A model generated the notes under the pieces. That model saw only the letters and a list, made by a program, of their open reading frames with translations, was not told where the DNA came from and ran no database searches. A DNA stretch of 64,000 nt. It comes from Thalia democratica. Its lineage: Eukaryota. The stretch is from contig OZ241830.1 in the NCBI GenBank assembly GCA_965202585.1, positions 80,910,001 to 80,974,000 of the forward strand, in the 5' to 3' direction. A program made the position numbers and the translations under genes. Of this stretch, positions 21,001-33,732 are shown piece after piece (position 1 is the stretch's first letter; every line of letters starts with the position of its first letter).

Positions 21001-24000
21001 TTCAAGTTGCCCAGTATTTTCTAAATAAACAATTTGATTTTAGATTACTATTAGAAATATTTTTCACAATACTGGTCTGGATAGCTCAAAAAATTTTGTA
21101 TGTGACCAAATCAATGCTAGTTATCAATACTTTCTTTTTTTTCAAGCTAATAACAAATATTTTTGCATTGTCAGTTATTTTTACCAATGTCAGGTTTTAA
21201 ACAATTTCTACAGGAATAAACATTAATATTGTTACATGACAATTCAAATTCTTAAGACTATATCCCAAAAAGTAGTACAAATTTGAAAAAAAAAATATGT
21301 AGATCTTATTAATATCTAAAAGCCACTTTTTATTTTGCAAAATCTTAAACATTTATAAAGATACTTCAAAATTACAAAAAATAACTATGTTTTTTACTTT
21401 ATTTAAGCCATATCTGAGAATATATTTAATGTTTTGCAAAAAGAAAAAAATGGCTCGTAGATATTATTAGGACCATCATATATATTTTTTTTATTTGAAA
21501 AATATACATTACTTTTTAAGTTGTGGCCCTTTCAATTTTTTTAAGAATTTGGATTGTCCGAATTCGAATAGTCGTGCACACCATTAATATATTAGTTAAT
21601 TTTTTGTTTATTCAAGAATTTTCATTTTTCTACACATTGGCTAGTTGCAACAGCCAATAAATTTGTTTTGCAAAAACTTTGAGCCACTAGTCAGATGAAG
21701 TTTTTGCATTTAAAAAAATTGTAAATAATAAACATAGAAGTTTCATTTTCTTTTTTACTGTCATTTTAAAATTAAAATAAATGTACTAAATTTCCAAGTC
21801 TAGTAGTTGCCAATGAAACTAATTAAGTATAAAAAAGATAAGAAAAAAACATTGCTTAATAAGGAAGGAACAAGATATTTAAACAACTACTGTAACTATA
21901 AGTATGATTTTTTTCTAAATAAGTAAACATTTAAAGACCTATTATTCAGTATGCATGACAAGGCTAAAATATTTGGTCATATATACTGAATTTAACTGCA
22001 GGTTGTATATTTTGCATAATATGTATTTTTTTGCACTCAGATCTTTTTGAAATATAAAACCATTTATTTTTATCATTTATAAAACCAAAGATTGGTTTGA
22101 AGACATTGATTGGTATAGAGTGTTCAACGCATAAATAGAGAAAATAAAATACTATCTGCGGATAAGATTTCAAAGAATTTAAGAAAGATTATTAAAAAAT
22201 AGAACTATTGCACTTTTATCTATTAACAAGTGATAGTAAACTAATATACCGTAAATTACAAGTTTCTCCTGATCAAGTAATACTTAGTAGATTTCTAAAA
22301 TGAGGACATAACTAAACATAACAAGGTTGGGATATACAACTCAAACTTTGGAATATGTAGTTCAAGTAATATAATTCAACTCAAATTTTTGATATAAGGT
22401 ATACAAGAAAACAAATTATGTGTTTAATTAATAAGATTAAGCTATACTTCTAAGATTTTGCAAAATCATAACAAAACCATGGTAGGTTTTCTGAGTAATG
22501 TTAAAATAATATCAATAAATTATCTGTAAATTATGTACAACTCAGTAAAGAAATTGACTTGTTGTTAACAAATAACCAGCATAACACAACTAGGCCATTT
22601 CTGTTAATTATATTTATAGACTGTTCGTTTTTTATTTGAATGCAGCTTTAAGCAAGTATTATTTTAAAATAGTTAGATTTTGATTTCCATGTTTAGTAAT
22701 CAACTATTTAGTAAGGTATTTTCAACTTCGTTTACTACGCGTAGCTTAAACAAAGCTGTCTAAATAAATCTATATTTGTCTTTTTCAATATTTCTTTATA
22801 AACTCCTTTATTCGATCATTTTGTTTATTTTATTTTGAATTTGTACATATGATAAGCATATGTTTAAATAAGACCTCAAGAGATCTAACCAAGATAATCA
22901 ATTCGAAATTTATGAGGGTCTTTGATGGGTACTAAGTTAACTTCCAGGCTGTGATAAAAAACATCTCAAAAGATTAAGTTTTCTTTAAATTATGAAATAC
23001 ATAGCAGTAGCAGTTTTGAAGTGCATTTACTCTAAATTACTCTTTTGGGTACATTATGGCTGTAGTTAATACTTTTAATATCAAATACTATACTAATCGT
23101 ACAGGTAATATAACTTTAATGAATGCTTAAAACATAAAACTTATAAGATTAAACTTTAAAAAAATTGTGTTTTTTTTACCAAGCATAACTACAAAAATAT
23201 ACTAAATAGTTACTCTTTTAAAGTTAAAATCAAACAGTAAAAACACCAATGGTGTGGAAATATTAAAACAACACTTATACTAATGATACTTTTTTTTGTG
23301 AAAATACCTTGTGGCCTGTTGCTCTGATAACCATTTCCATTTGAGTCGTTGCCTCGGTTTCCACTGTAGATATGAATTGTAACTTGTTAATTTACTTGTG
23401 CATATGTGATGCACCAATTTCTAATAAGACAACCGTATACAGGTGTGTTGTGAAATAGTAAAGCTCGCTTTTTTATATATTCTTGCAAAAATACTAGTAA
23501 CTCTATTAGTAAATAATCTATTTAACAATATTTTATTAAAAACTATTAAATTATGAAATACATAGCAGTGGCAATTTTGAACTGCATTTACCTTTAACTT
23601 TTTTATATTTACTCTAATTTATATACCCTCATTTACAACAAAACGTTGTCAATTAATATTCTTAAGTAATAAAACTCAAATACTAAACTATTTTATACAC
23701 CTGACAGAGACCAGCAACAACTTAGTAAAATATAAATGGTGTATCAGGTTTTTTAAATGTAGATTCTTATAATTATTGACAAAAAAGTTGTTTTGAATGA
23801 GTAAAATTTGGTAAAACTGTATACGTTTTTGGTAATTTCAGAAAGGATTAAGTTTAAATTCTCAAACCATGTTTATTTCAAAGCTTTTCTACATAACTTT
23901 TTTATAGTTTTCTAATATACATTAAAATATATTTCCGCCAAACATTACTATTTGGAAATAAAACTAAGTCTTCCTTCAAAAATGATTTTATAATTACGTT

Positions 24001-27000
24001 CGGTTGATAAATAGCTAGAGCTATTTTTAAATATATTAAGACTCTAATTGTGTTCTATAATCTACTTAACAGTTAATTCATACAAAATTTTTAATAATTC
24101 ATTAAATATAATAATTTGTTATCCATTAGCAATCGAAGTCCAGATCTGAAAAACTAAATTGATATACAAAAATACAGCAGTACAACAATATTCTAATACT
24201 ACTAATCTTTACTTTTTTTAATCATTCAAGGTGACCACTTAAACTTGATTCATACAGTAAAAACTTTATTATTTTCATATAAGTGTTTTTTCTTTCCGAA
24301 TAAATTAGACTGTTCAATTTTGGTATTATTTACAAGACTAAAACATTTCATGATAGCTTTCTTCAGCATACAAGCAATTTATGTCAAGCAAAACATTTTT
24401 TGTTTTTTTTTTTTAATTTATTTCTGACTACATATACACCAATTAGTTTAACTTTTACAGTTTACAATGTCTGCAAAAATATACCATTTTTAATAACATT
24501 ACATAATAATACAGGCCTTATGCGAATTTATTCATTTTCATTGTAAACTGTGACAATTATTAAATACTTCTATCATTAGAACAAGATCTGTATATGTGGT
24601 CACCTCGAATATTTCAGATGGTTAGTAATTTAATTAGTTCTCAGTTGATTTTGTTATGCTTGAGTTGATGTTAGTAAAATACTCTAAATAACTTATTTAT
24701 AAAAAATTATATATGTACTACTACTTAAGATTTATTGTATCTAGTTTGATCACAAAGAATAGTCCATGAAAAAAAAGTTATATTTGTATCCATATACCAA
24801 AAAACGCTTTTATGTATGTACACTATAGTAACCCCAATTTGCTTTTTTTTTTTATTCAAATTTAAATTTTTAACTTACCTTCAATAAACAGATGAGCGCT
24901 ACTTTTGCATATAATTTTGGAAATAAGAAAGACTTTAACTCAGATAATAAATTTAAATTTTACCATTTATCCCAGTACTGTTAATTTAATCTTTACAGAT
25001 TAATTTACTTCAACTCTGTTTGTCAAAAATATTTGAAAACTTATGCATTTATTATTATAATTAAGCAACAATCGATTATATTTTTTTCAACTCCCCTTAT
25101 AATTCCCTTCACTAAATTAGCTAAACTCTATTAGAAACATGTTGAAATTTATACACAACAACCAAATTTTCATTTTATCATTTACCCCAATCCCCTTCTA
25201 TTCCCCTTTACACACCAACTTATCCCAACCATACTTATGAGAAACGTACAAGATATTACTCACCGGTTATCGTATCCGCCTTGTCTGTTGTCGTAACCCC
25301 CTCTACTGTCGCCTCTGTTGTCATCTCTCCTGTCGTAACCCCCTTGTCTGTCCATGTCACGACCTGAATAATTTTATATCATGTTATAGTTTAAAAACAT
25401 AATAATAATTTCTTTTGTTAGCTAATTGGCAACAAATTTGTAATTTGAGAAATGAAAACTAATATTTATTGTTTATAAATAATTATTTTTTTTAACCTCT
25501 TCCACTATTGCCACCATATCCTCCTCTGTCATTTCCTCGGCCCCCTCTGTTGTCGTACTGTAAAAAAAATTAAACTAAAATTTTGGAATAAATAGAACCT
25601 GTTAAGTTAGTTTGGCAGAAAAACTTAAACTTTAGTGTTTAAGTGTAGCACAATTGATTACTTCTACTTTATTTAACTTTTAAAATGTTTTAATTATTTA
25701 TATTCTAAAAAACCAACGCCTCCGCGGTCATTTCCACCGTCAAATCTTCCACCACCTCTGTTGGACGGAGGACCATCTCTTCTCTGGTAATCGTCTCTGG
25801 GCTTGTTGTCACCGTACGGTGCCCTTCCGCCCTGGTTACCAGCATCGGGTCTTCCAAAGCCTCCTTGACCACCTTGCTGACCGTAACCCTTGTTTTGCTG
25901 CTGGCCACCATAACCTTGACCCTGCTGCTGTCCATACCCCTTGTTCTGGCCACCCTGCTGCTGTCCATAGCCCTGGCTCTGGTTTCCCTGCTGGCCATAT
26001 CCCTGACCTTGCTGTTGGCCGTACCCTTTGTTCTGGCCCTGTTGGCCGCCGTAGCCTCCTTGCTGCTGACCGTACTGCTGCTGCCCTTGTTGAGGTGGCT
26101 GGCTGGCACCCTGAGATGCTGGCGGCTTTCCGTTGCCACTCTGCTGCCCTTGTTGAGGTTGCTGACCGTACTGCTGTTGGCCGTACTGTCCTTGTTGTCC
26201 ATAACCCTGCGGCTGTCCATACTGAGACTGCTGGGTCTGGGGTTGCTGACCGTATTGGCCCTGTTGCTGTTGGGGTGGCTTCTGCTGACCGTACTGCTGG
26301 GCCCCGTTTCCGGCAGGTTGCTGGCCGTATCCTTGTTGCTGTTGGTAACCTCCGTACTGGCCTGTTTGATTGGTTTTTTAATGAAATTGCTAAAACACAG
26401 TTTTTAAATATGTATAACCAGGTGAGTTTTTGAATAACTTGTATAATAATTTAACAATTTGAAGCTGTTGTGGCTAATTGATATCAAGGTTAAATTAGGG
26501 ACATAAAATTTTATTAAAGGTGAATGTTTAGTAAGCTGGAAATATTTAAGCAAACTGGGAACTTGAATTCAAAGTTTATTAAAAATACAAAGAACATAAA
26601 AGTTCTGATTTCAAAATCAAATTAATCACCTCCTTGCTGTTGCTGACCATAACCCTGGTATCCTCCTGCTTGAGGGGGTTTTGTTTCAGCAGGTTTGCTG
26701 TCACCTGCCGCTTTGTTGTCTGCTGGGGGCACTGGTGCTGGTGGTGGTGCTGCAAATATTTATTTTTTTTTTAACTTTTAAACCTTTATTACTCACATGA
26801 ACCTCTAAACTTAAATTTCACACTTTTTTTTTACTTGACTATATTGCAGCAAAGATACATGGGGCTAAAAACTAATGCTTTGTTTTATAATCAGTACTTC
26901 GTCTTTTTTTATCTATTTTAGTTTGTTAAAAAATACTTCATATTTTTAGTAAAATTTTAAGTTGATTTGACTTGAATGCAACATAATTTGACAAAAACCT

Positions 27001-30000
27001 TGAAAAAATATTAGATAAATTAGTAGTAACAATTGTATTATAAATAAAATTTGAATATTTTTTAATTAAATCAACTTACCTTGGTTGTAACCAGCATAAC
27101 TTCCATAACCTTGTTGGGCTCCATAACCTTGCTGAGGTTGCTGAAATGTAAATTATTATTTTTTTAATATATAAGTTAACTAACAAGTTGGTTTAACACT
27201 TTAAATAAATTGCAAAAACTTAGTTTACCAAATAAGTTCAAAATGTAAAAAGTTGATTTGCCTCCTTCCCCCCTATGGCTTATTGGCTAAATAGAAATTT
27301 ATTAAAGCATTACCAACTTTTTTTGGAAAACTAAAAACCAGAAGTTTTTTTTAATCTATACTTTTAATAATAAACACTGGAAAAGCATATAAAAAGTTTA
27401 TAAGAGAAATTGTAATGGTGTTTTCCAACAAACATTAAAATCAATGGTATTCCTAAGAAAATATATAACTAATCACTTAAGGTCCTTATTGATTTAGGAA
27501 TACTTATAACAGGATTGCCACTGGTTTTTTAGAAGTTTCAACCAGGTTTTTTGAACTTCTTCCAGGTGTTTAGGTACATACTTTTGGGTCATTTCAAGTT
27601 TATAGCTAAGTTAAAGGCTGAAAACTGTTAATAGTATAGCAACATTAAAAAGATACTGTAAAGCTACTTTAAATGTGTTTTTCAATGGTAAAAAACATTT
27701 TTAGTGATGACAACAACTTTTTATCAATAAGAATCATCTTTCCTGTCAAATCAAAATTTTATTTAAAATTCAAGGTTTTTCCTGGTTAACAAATATTAGT
27801 ATTCAAAATTCTAGATTTTTTTCAAAATTTCTCAAATTTTAGATTTTTCCAGGTTTATTGCAACCCTGTAAACATACAAAACATTTATTTCATACCACAA
27901 TTAATAACATAAACAATAGCACATACCTGCTGACCAGGCTTGGCTGGCATTTGGTTGTTGTAATACTGCTGTTGAGCATTAGGGTTCCATTCTGAAAACA
28001 TAATTTATTAAAATTGTTTGTTAATCAGCAAAATAGTTTTTCAAGGGTTGTAATTTATTATTTTTTTATGAACTAGTTGTTTTTGCAAAGATTGTAGAAA
28101 TAAAATTAAAACTTGTTTGTGTATCAAATACTAATTTAGAAATTTGTTTGAAAATTTAAACTTAGACTGGTTTTTATACTAAACTCCCATGCACAAAAAA
28201 ATAAAACAATAGATAAAAGTAGGAAGTAGGTGAAAATTTTGTTGTTTAAAATAAGAATTTTTTTTTCTGAAGTAAAAAAGGACCTTAAGAAATACTAAGC
28301 CAGGGGTCGGCGGGTTAAAAAGGACCAATTTTAATGTGATCAAAAATACAAATTTTTACTAAATTTTTTAAACAATAAATATAGGCAGCATATTATTTTT
28401 TAAAAATAAAACTAATCTTTATTATTTAAACAAAATTACATTAGATAAGGTAAATAAAAATTTCAAATGCGACACATAGGCTGCAGTTTGCCAACCCCTG
28501 TAATAAGTTATGCATTAACTCAAAGATTATAACTTCTTACTATGAACTTAAAAAATGTATAACAAAATTTGTGTGAAATTCTATTGCTATAGAAATAAAA
28601 TCTAAAAATAATAAGAACTACTATTATGTGCTATTAGACGTTTTGTCATGCAGTAATTTCTGAAGTTAGTTTATAAAGTTTGACTAATAGTTTATTCAAC
28701 CAAAGAAAAATTAAAAAATTAAAGTTAGAAATTTAAAAAGTGTAATTTTAAAAGTAGCAAATGTAGTAGTACAAAGATTTTTAAAAATCAAATAATTTAA
28801 ATGTTTTAAATTTCTTAAGGTTTTATATTCAAAAGAACAAAAATGCAGGCTTAAAAGCCTTTACAATTTATAGATAAATAAAATTTTCCTGTGTAACATA
28901 CTCTGATCTTTGGCATTCTTGGATGATGCCATATCTTTTTCTGTTAATTTTTAGACATTTGTTGCTTAAGTATTGAAATTATTTTTGTTTAGTTTTACAG
29001 GTACCCGTATAGAGCAATGTATAAGATTATTTTTTAAATTTAAGTATTTATGGTTTAACAAGGATTGCCAAAGGTTTTTTGTAACTTTTTCCAGCATAAA
29101 ATTAAACTGAAGTTAAATAGTCGTCTGTCTTAAATAGTAAATCAACTTTAAAAAGATAAAGTACTGCTACTTAAAATGAGTTATTTAATGAAAAAAAACA
29201 ATACAACTTTTTTATCTATATGATATATTCCCTGTACCTAATCAAAATTTTATTACAAAAATGTTTATAAATTTCAGTTTTTTAGTGATTTTGTTTGAAA
29301 TTCCAGGTTTTTCTAAATTATAGGATATGTTTTTTGGCAACCCTGTTTAAATTAACTTTCTAATATAGTTATTTTACCTATTTTATGTTGACAATATCTT
29401 AATGGAATGAGATAATGTTTTTTTTAAAACTTGAGAACTTGGTAAAATTACATAAGTTGCTAACAACCTTAATAAAAAAAAATTTGTAAACTGTTTTTTT
29501 GCTAAAACTTAAGTTTACACTAAAAAACATTTCCTTTAATGTAGAGAACTCAAATTGATTATTATAAGTTAATAATTGTGAAATGCCACACAAGGTCTTT
29601 TACTTAGAAAATCTATGTCATCTACAATTTGAAAACAAGGAAAGTTATTTATTATTTAAAGTTGCATAATAACTCTTTTTATTTATATAATAAACAGGGT
29701 TTGTGCGCGAATTTTTTTTCATTTAGCCTGACTGAGACCAATTTAGCCTGACATTTTTCAAAGTAAGGAAAATCCCATATAGAAGTCATTTTAAGTATTT
29801 AGGGGTTTTGATTAGTACTATTGTAGTCTCCAACTTCAACCAGCTTTATCTCAAAAATATTTTGAGCTTTAAAAATCTGCAAAAGCAACTCATAGCTTAG
29901 TTACAATACAACTCAATAAAATAAGACTAAATTGTGAAAAAGGTGATTGACCCCCCTATGCCGTTACCATAACAAATATTTTCAGTGCTAAGTTTTAAAT

Positions 30001-31538
30001 CAAGTGTTATATCTTATCTATTACTAAAATAAAAATGTAATATATATTACAATACACAATTGTTCAATTTAAGTAAGCATTAAGTAAAAACATTATAATC
30101 AGAAAATTTATTTTAAAATGATATGCATTGTTGTGTTTTATTAAAATTTAAAATAAAACGCTTACTTGAGTATTAAAATTTAAACAAACAGCTAAGTTGT
30201 TGAACTAAACTGTAATGTTTAAACTGAACTTTTTTATGAATTTTCATAATTATGATGTATATAATCTACTCAAAACTAAATAATGAAGATTCTTAAATAA
30301 TTTTTAGAGATTCAGCAAAAGGTTTTAAGCATTTATTTTAACAAATACTGACTGATTTTGTCTTAAATAACTAAATAATTATTTAGAAATAAATTCACAT
30401 CTCAATTTGATCTTAAAAAGATTTCTCTTTTTTTAATCCAAAATTTTCAATCATTTAAACTGAGAAAAACTGAGAATCTAAAATTTTTAAATAAAAAAAC
30501 TGATTTAGCCTAATTTAGCCTGACCCGCACGAACCCTGAATAAAATAACTAAATACTTCAACCTAATTTAAATATGCTGCTTAAGTTAAATGTTTTCCGA
30601 TCTAAGTATTTTTATTTTTAGCTAAAAAAAAGGAAATAATAATTTACAAGAACTTCAGAATATTTTAGTATTTTATTTGCTTAATTTTAATTTGGTCCCT
30701 AAACAAAAGAATTAGATCCTGCAGACCTTGGCACATTATATTATTTATTTTTTAAATTGAAAGCATCTTATAATTAAAATTAAAATTTAGGTATATTATA
30801 AAAATATATTGCCACATAAAACATGAACTTGGAAAATTTTAGTTAGAAATTTTGATGCAAAAGTTTTCAAGTTACTTATTCATAAATGACTATTAACAAT
30901 CACATTCAAATTTATATTTGGATATACATTTAACAAATTTTTATTATTGCAGATTTTTTGCACTTATTTTTTCAATTTATGTATTTTGAGACAAATTTTA
31001 TTGATTTGTAAGAAAACTCAAATGCTGATTCGAATGTATTTTCTGAAAATAGTATTTGTGTACTTTAAAAATGAATGAACACTAATTTATAAAATGAAGT
31101 TAAAATATATTTATATTAATCTATAATAGATAAAATGTTAAAAATTGAAATGACATCATCAGTATGAATGGTGTTATAAGGTGAATAAGTATGGATGTGA
31201 AAATAAAAAGTCAAAAACTTTTTTTTTTAATTGTTTATGGTAAAAGTTTGTAGGAATTTGCTTTAATTAGGCTTATTTTGCTTTTAAATTAAGTAAAGTT
31301 TTCAGCTCATGTTTTATTGATAAATTACTACTCACTTATATATTCTAAACAACTGATCACCAATATATATAAAACATTGTAAATCTGTGTTTAATTTAAT
31401 GAAAATAATATTTTCAAAATAATATTACAACACTTAAACGATTTGTACAATAAAAATAAATCTTCATATAAAACTTTGAATTAAAAACAAAAATTTAATT
31501 TAAATGGATACAAGAAACTCACGTTGATTGTAAGACAT
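18080..31538 (-). CDS. FUS/EWSR1/TAF15: FET-family RNA-binding protein (invertebrate FUS/EWSR1/TAF15 / cabeza-like orthologue), about 582 aa, 14 exons
   Basis: Phase-consistent GT-AG exons (minus strand): 31523-31538, 27927-27991, 27080-27140, 26630-26749, 25718-26361, 25497-25557, 25264-25363, 23308-23363, 20421-20548, 20066-20132, 19791-19853, 19469-19531, 18333-18512, 18080-18204 (sum 1749 nt). Encodes [16 protein letters not shown]..., (G/Q)YGQQ repeats, RGG/DNRGG repeats, the FET-type [92 protein letters not shown] with its long KK loop, RGG boxes and a ...RGRSGPY* end. The 16-nt first exon is the least certain. AATAAA at 17920-17925. Confidence 0.95.
27510..27868. mobile_element. CAGGGTTGCC-TIR MITE in a FET intron
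   Basis: caggattgcca ... ttgcaaccctg; internal similarity to 17153, 29060 and 51562 copies; no clear TSD. Confidence 0.75.
28301..28500. mobile_element. hAT-type MITE (200 bp) in a FET intron
   Basis: TIRs caggggtcggc / gccaacccctg; degenerate 8-bp TSD tactaagc/taataagt. Confidence 0.75.
29060..29345. mobile_element. CAGGGTTGCC-TIR MITE in a FET intron
   Basis: aaggattgcca ... tggcaaccctg; flanks tttaac/tttaaa. Confidence 0.7.
29695..30538. mobile_element. Non-autonomous TIR element (844 bp) with repeated subterminal atttagcctga motifs
   Basis: TIRs cagggtttgtgcg / cgcacgaaccctg; aataaa on both flanks; tttagcct(g/a)a repeated twice near each end. Confidence 0.75.
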
Positions 31539-33732
31539 ATTCGATTCCAATATTTCACTTTCTTAATAAACTAAAGTTTTAGATAATAAAATAAAATTCC
31601 AAATTTAATTCATGACTTGAATGTTGTTTGGGAGGGAAAATTTTATGTGAACTGTGGGTAATTTATTTAATTTGGCTTATTTCATGTGCTAGAGCAGGGA
31701 GAAAAAATCTTTACTTGTATCATTTAAACTACTCATCAGTTTTTATATAAAAAATGTCTAAATCCTTTTTTTTTTTTTAATTATGAGGATTTTATATAAA
31801 TATTAAATTTAATAAATCAATTTAAAAGTTTTAGATTTTTGGAAACTACTTATTTTACATAAAAAATAAGTTAGAAAAACATATATTAACTTTTAAGCAA
31901 AGTTAAAACAAACTTTATATACTAATCTTTATATAATAATCGAAAAATTCTTTTAAGGACTTTGAATTACTTTAACATTTCTTAAAATATTTTTACAATT
32001 GAAGAATTTAAACTAAAATATTTTAGTAAACAACCATGAAACTACTTTATTCTAATTTTTCTTGTATAAAACTTACTTTATTCTTTTAGAAGTCCTATTC
32101 TAAGTCAAAAAAAGCAAGCATTATAACAATTTATTTTTGAAGAAATAACTGTGATAAATTTTTATTTTTATTAACTGTTTTTTATTTAGAAAAATTTTAA
32201 AGCAAATTAAAAATAGCATTATTTACAACTTAGTTGCCTTCTTAGCGATGAGTGTGTTGCCTGTAAAACTCAAGCATGAAATATTAAATTATAAATTCAC
32301 ATACCTTATGAGTTATAAATTAAAGTTTTGGGAAACCTGTTTTACATACATAACAAAAATCTAGTAGGTAGTGAACTACTCTCAACACAGAGTTTATATT
32401 TTTGAGAGACACAGTAAGTTAAACTTCAAATAATTTTCTCAAATAACTCAGTAAAAATTTTAAGAAATTAATATTTACTAAAAAAATCTATAGAAAGGCA
32501 AAAAAGATTAACCAATTTGTAGAATTAATATTTTAGCAAAAACATTATTTTGGTTAGATATTTTAAACAAAAATGCCATTTTGACTTAAAAATTTAAACA
32601 ACAATAAAATTTTGAGTTCATGCGTACAGAGGTTTATTAATGTTTAAAGATTAGAATTATTTTTCAATTTAGTTAAAAAACTTTAAAATTTTATTATAAA
32701 TAATAGAATTTTATTTTGAAGCCTTCTGTAAATTGTTAAATCGTTTAGATTTTAAGCTAAGTATGATGTGTAAACTGAAAGGTAGTTAATTATAAACTAA
32801 AAACAATGTCGATATTAGTTTAAATGTTTTAATGTTTAAATAAACTTTGTTATTAACCAATTTGAAAACAGAACTTAATTTTTTCGGACAAGAAGTTAAA
32901 AGGTATCCGACTCGATAACCGAAAGGTTTTTTCGTGCATTAAGTCCAAGGACATAACATTTTTAGCGTCTTTTTTGTCGTTTTATAAAGTATAATTATAG
33001 AAAAAAACACAAACAAAAATAAAAAAGTTAATTTATTCATTGCAAAGTTGTGACAAACATTTCGTTCATAGAAAAAACATTTAAATCATAACATTTTCAC
33101 TACATTTCTAAGTTACAAAAAGAACAATAAAATCTTGAATTTATTATTAAATACTACCAGCAACTTAGACACTATATGCATATAATTAGAAAATAATGTG
33201 GTTACATAAACAGAATCACTTTCTACAGAGCCCACTTGAAAGGTTTTTAAATAATTTGTTGTTAGAAAATAAAAGTTATTATATCATTAGAAAATTCAAA
33301 TTTGAACATATATAAAAACAGCGTGGTTTTTTGACTTAACAAAATAAATTCCCTCAAAGAAAACATAAAAACCCATAAGTTTTTATGAACTCATCGGGGT
33401 GATGTAGCCCGAAGAAACTCATTTGCTTAGAAAAAATAAGAATTACCCGAAAGTTCAACTCCTGAACTCACTGTAGACAGAATTAATTAAAATAAAAAAA
33501 CAGAGGTGGCTCAAAGAACAAAAATAAAAATTGTGCATTAATAAAAAAATTAATAGAGCAAAATATTTTCAAAAAAGCTCTACTATTTGTAAACGATTGC
33601 ATACTAAACACCATTATACACTTAAAGTTCTAATTTAAAAGCCACCTAGTGTTATGCACCCTCATTAAAAAAAATCCTACTAATTAAATACTACTAAATT
33701 ATTAATTAATTATTATTATTGCCATCTCAGCA

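Noticed and set aside
25705-26433. ORFs 25819-26433(+), 25865-26407(+, Leu-rich, membrane-like) and 25705-26220(-)
   Set aside because: Antisense or off-frame readings of the Gln/Gly/Tyr-rich FET exon 25718-26361; CAG repeats give CTG (Leu) on the other strand.
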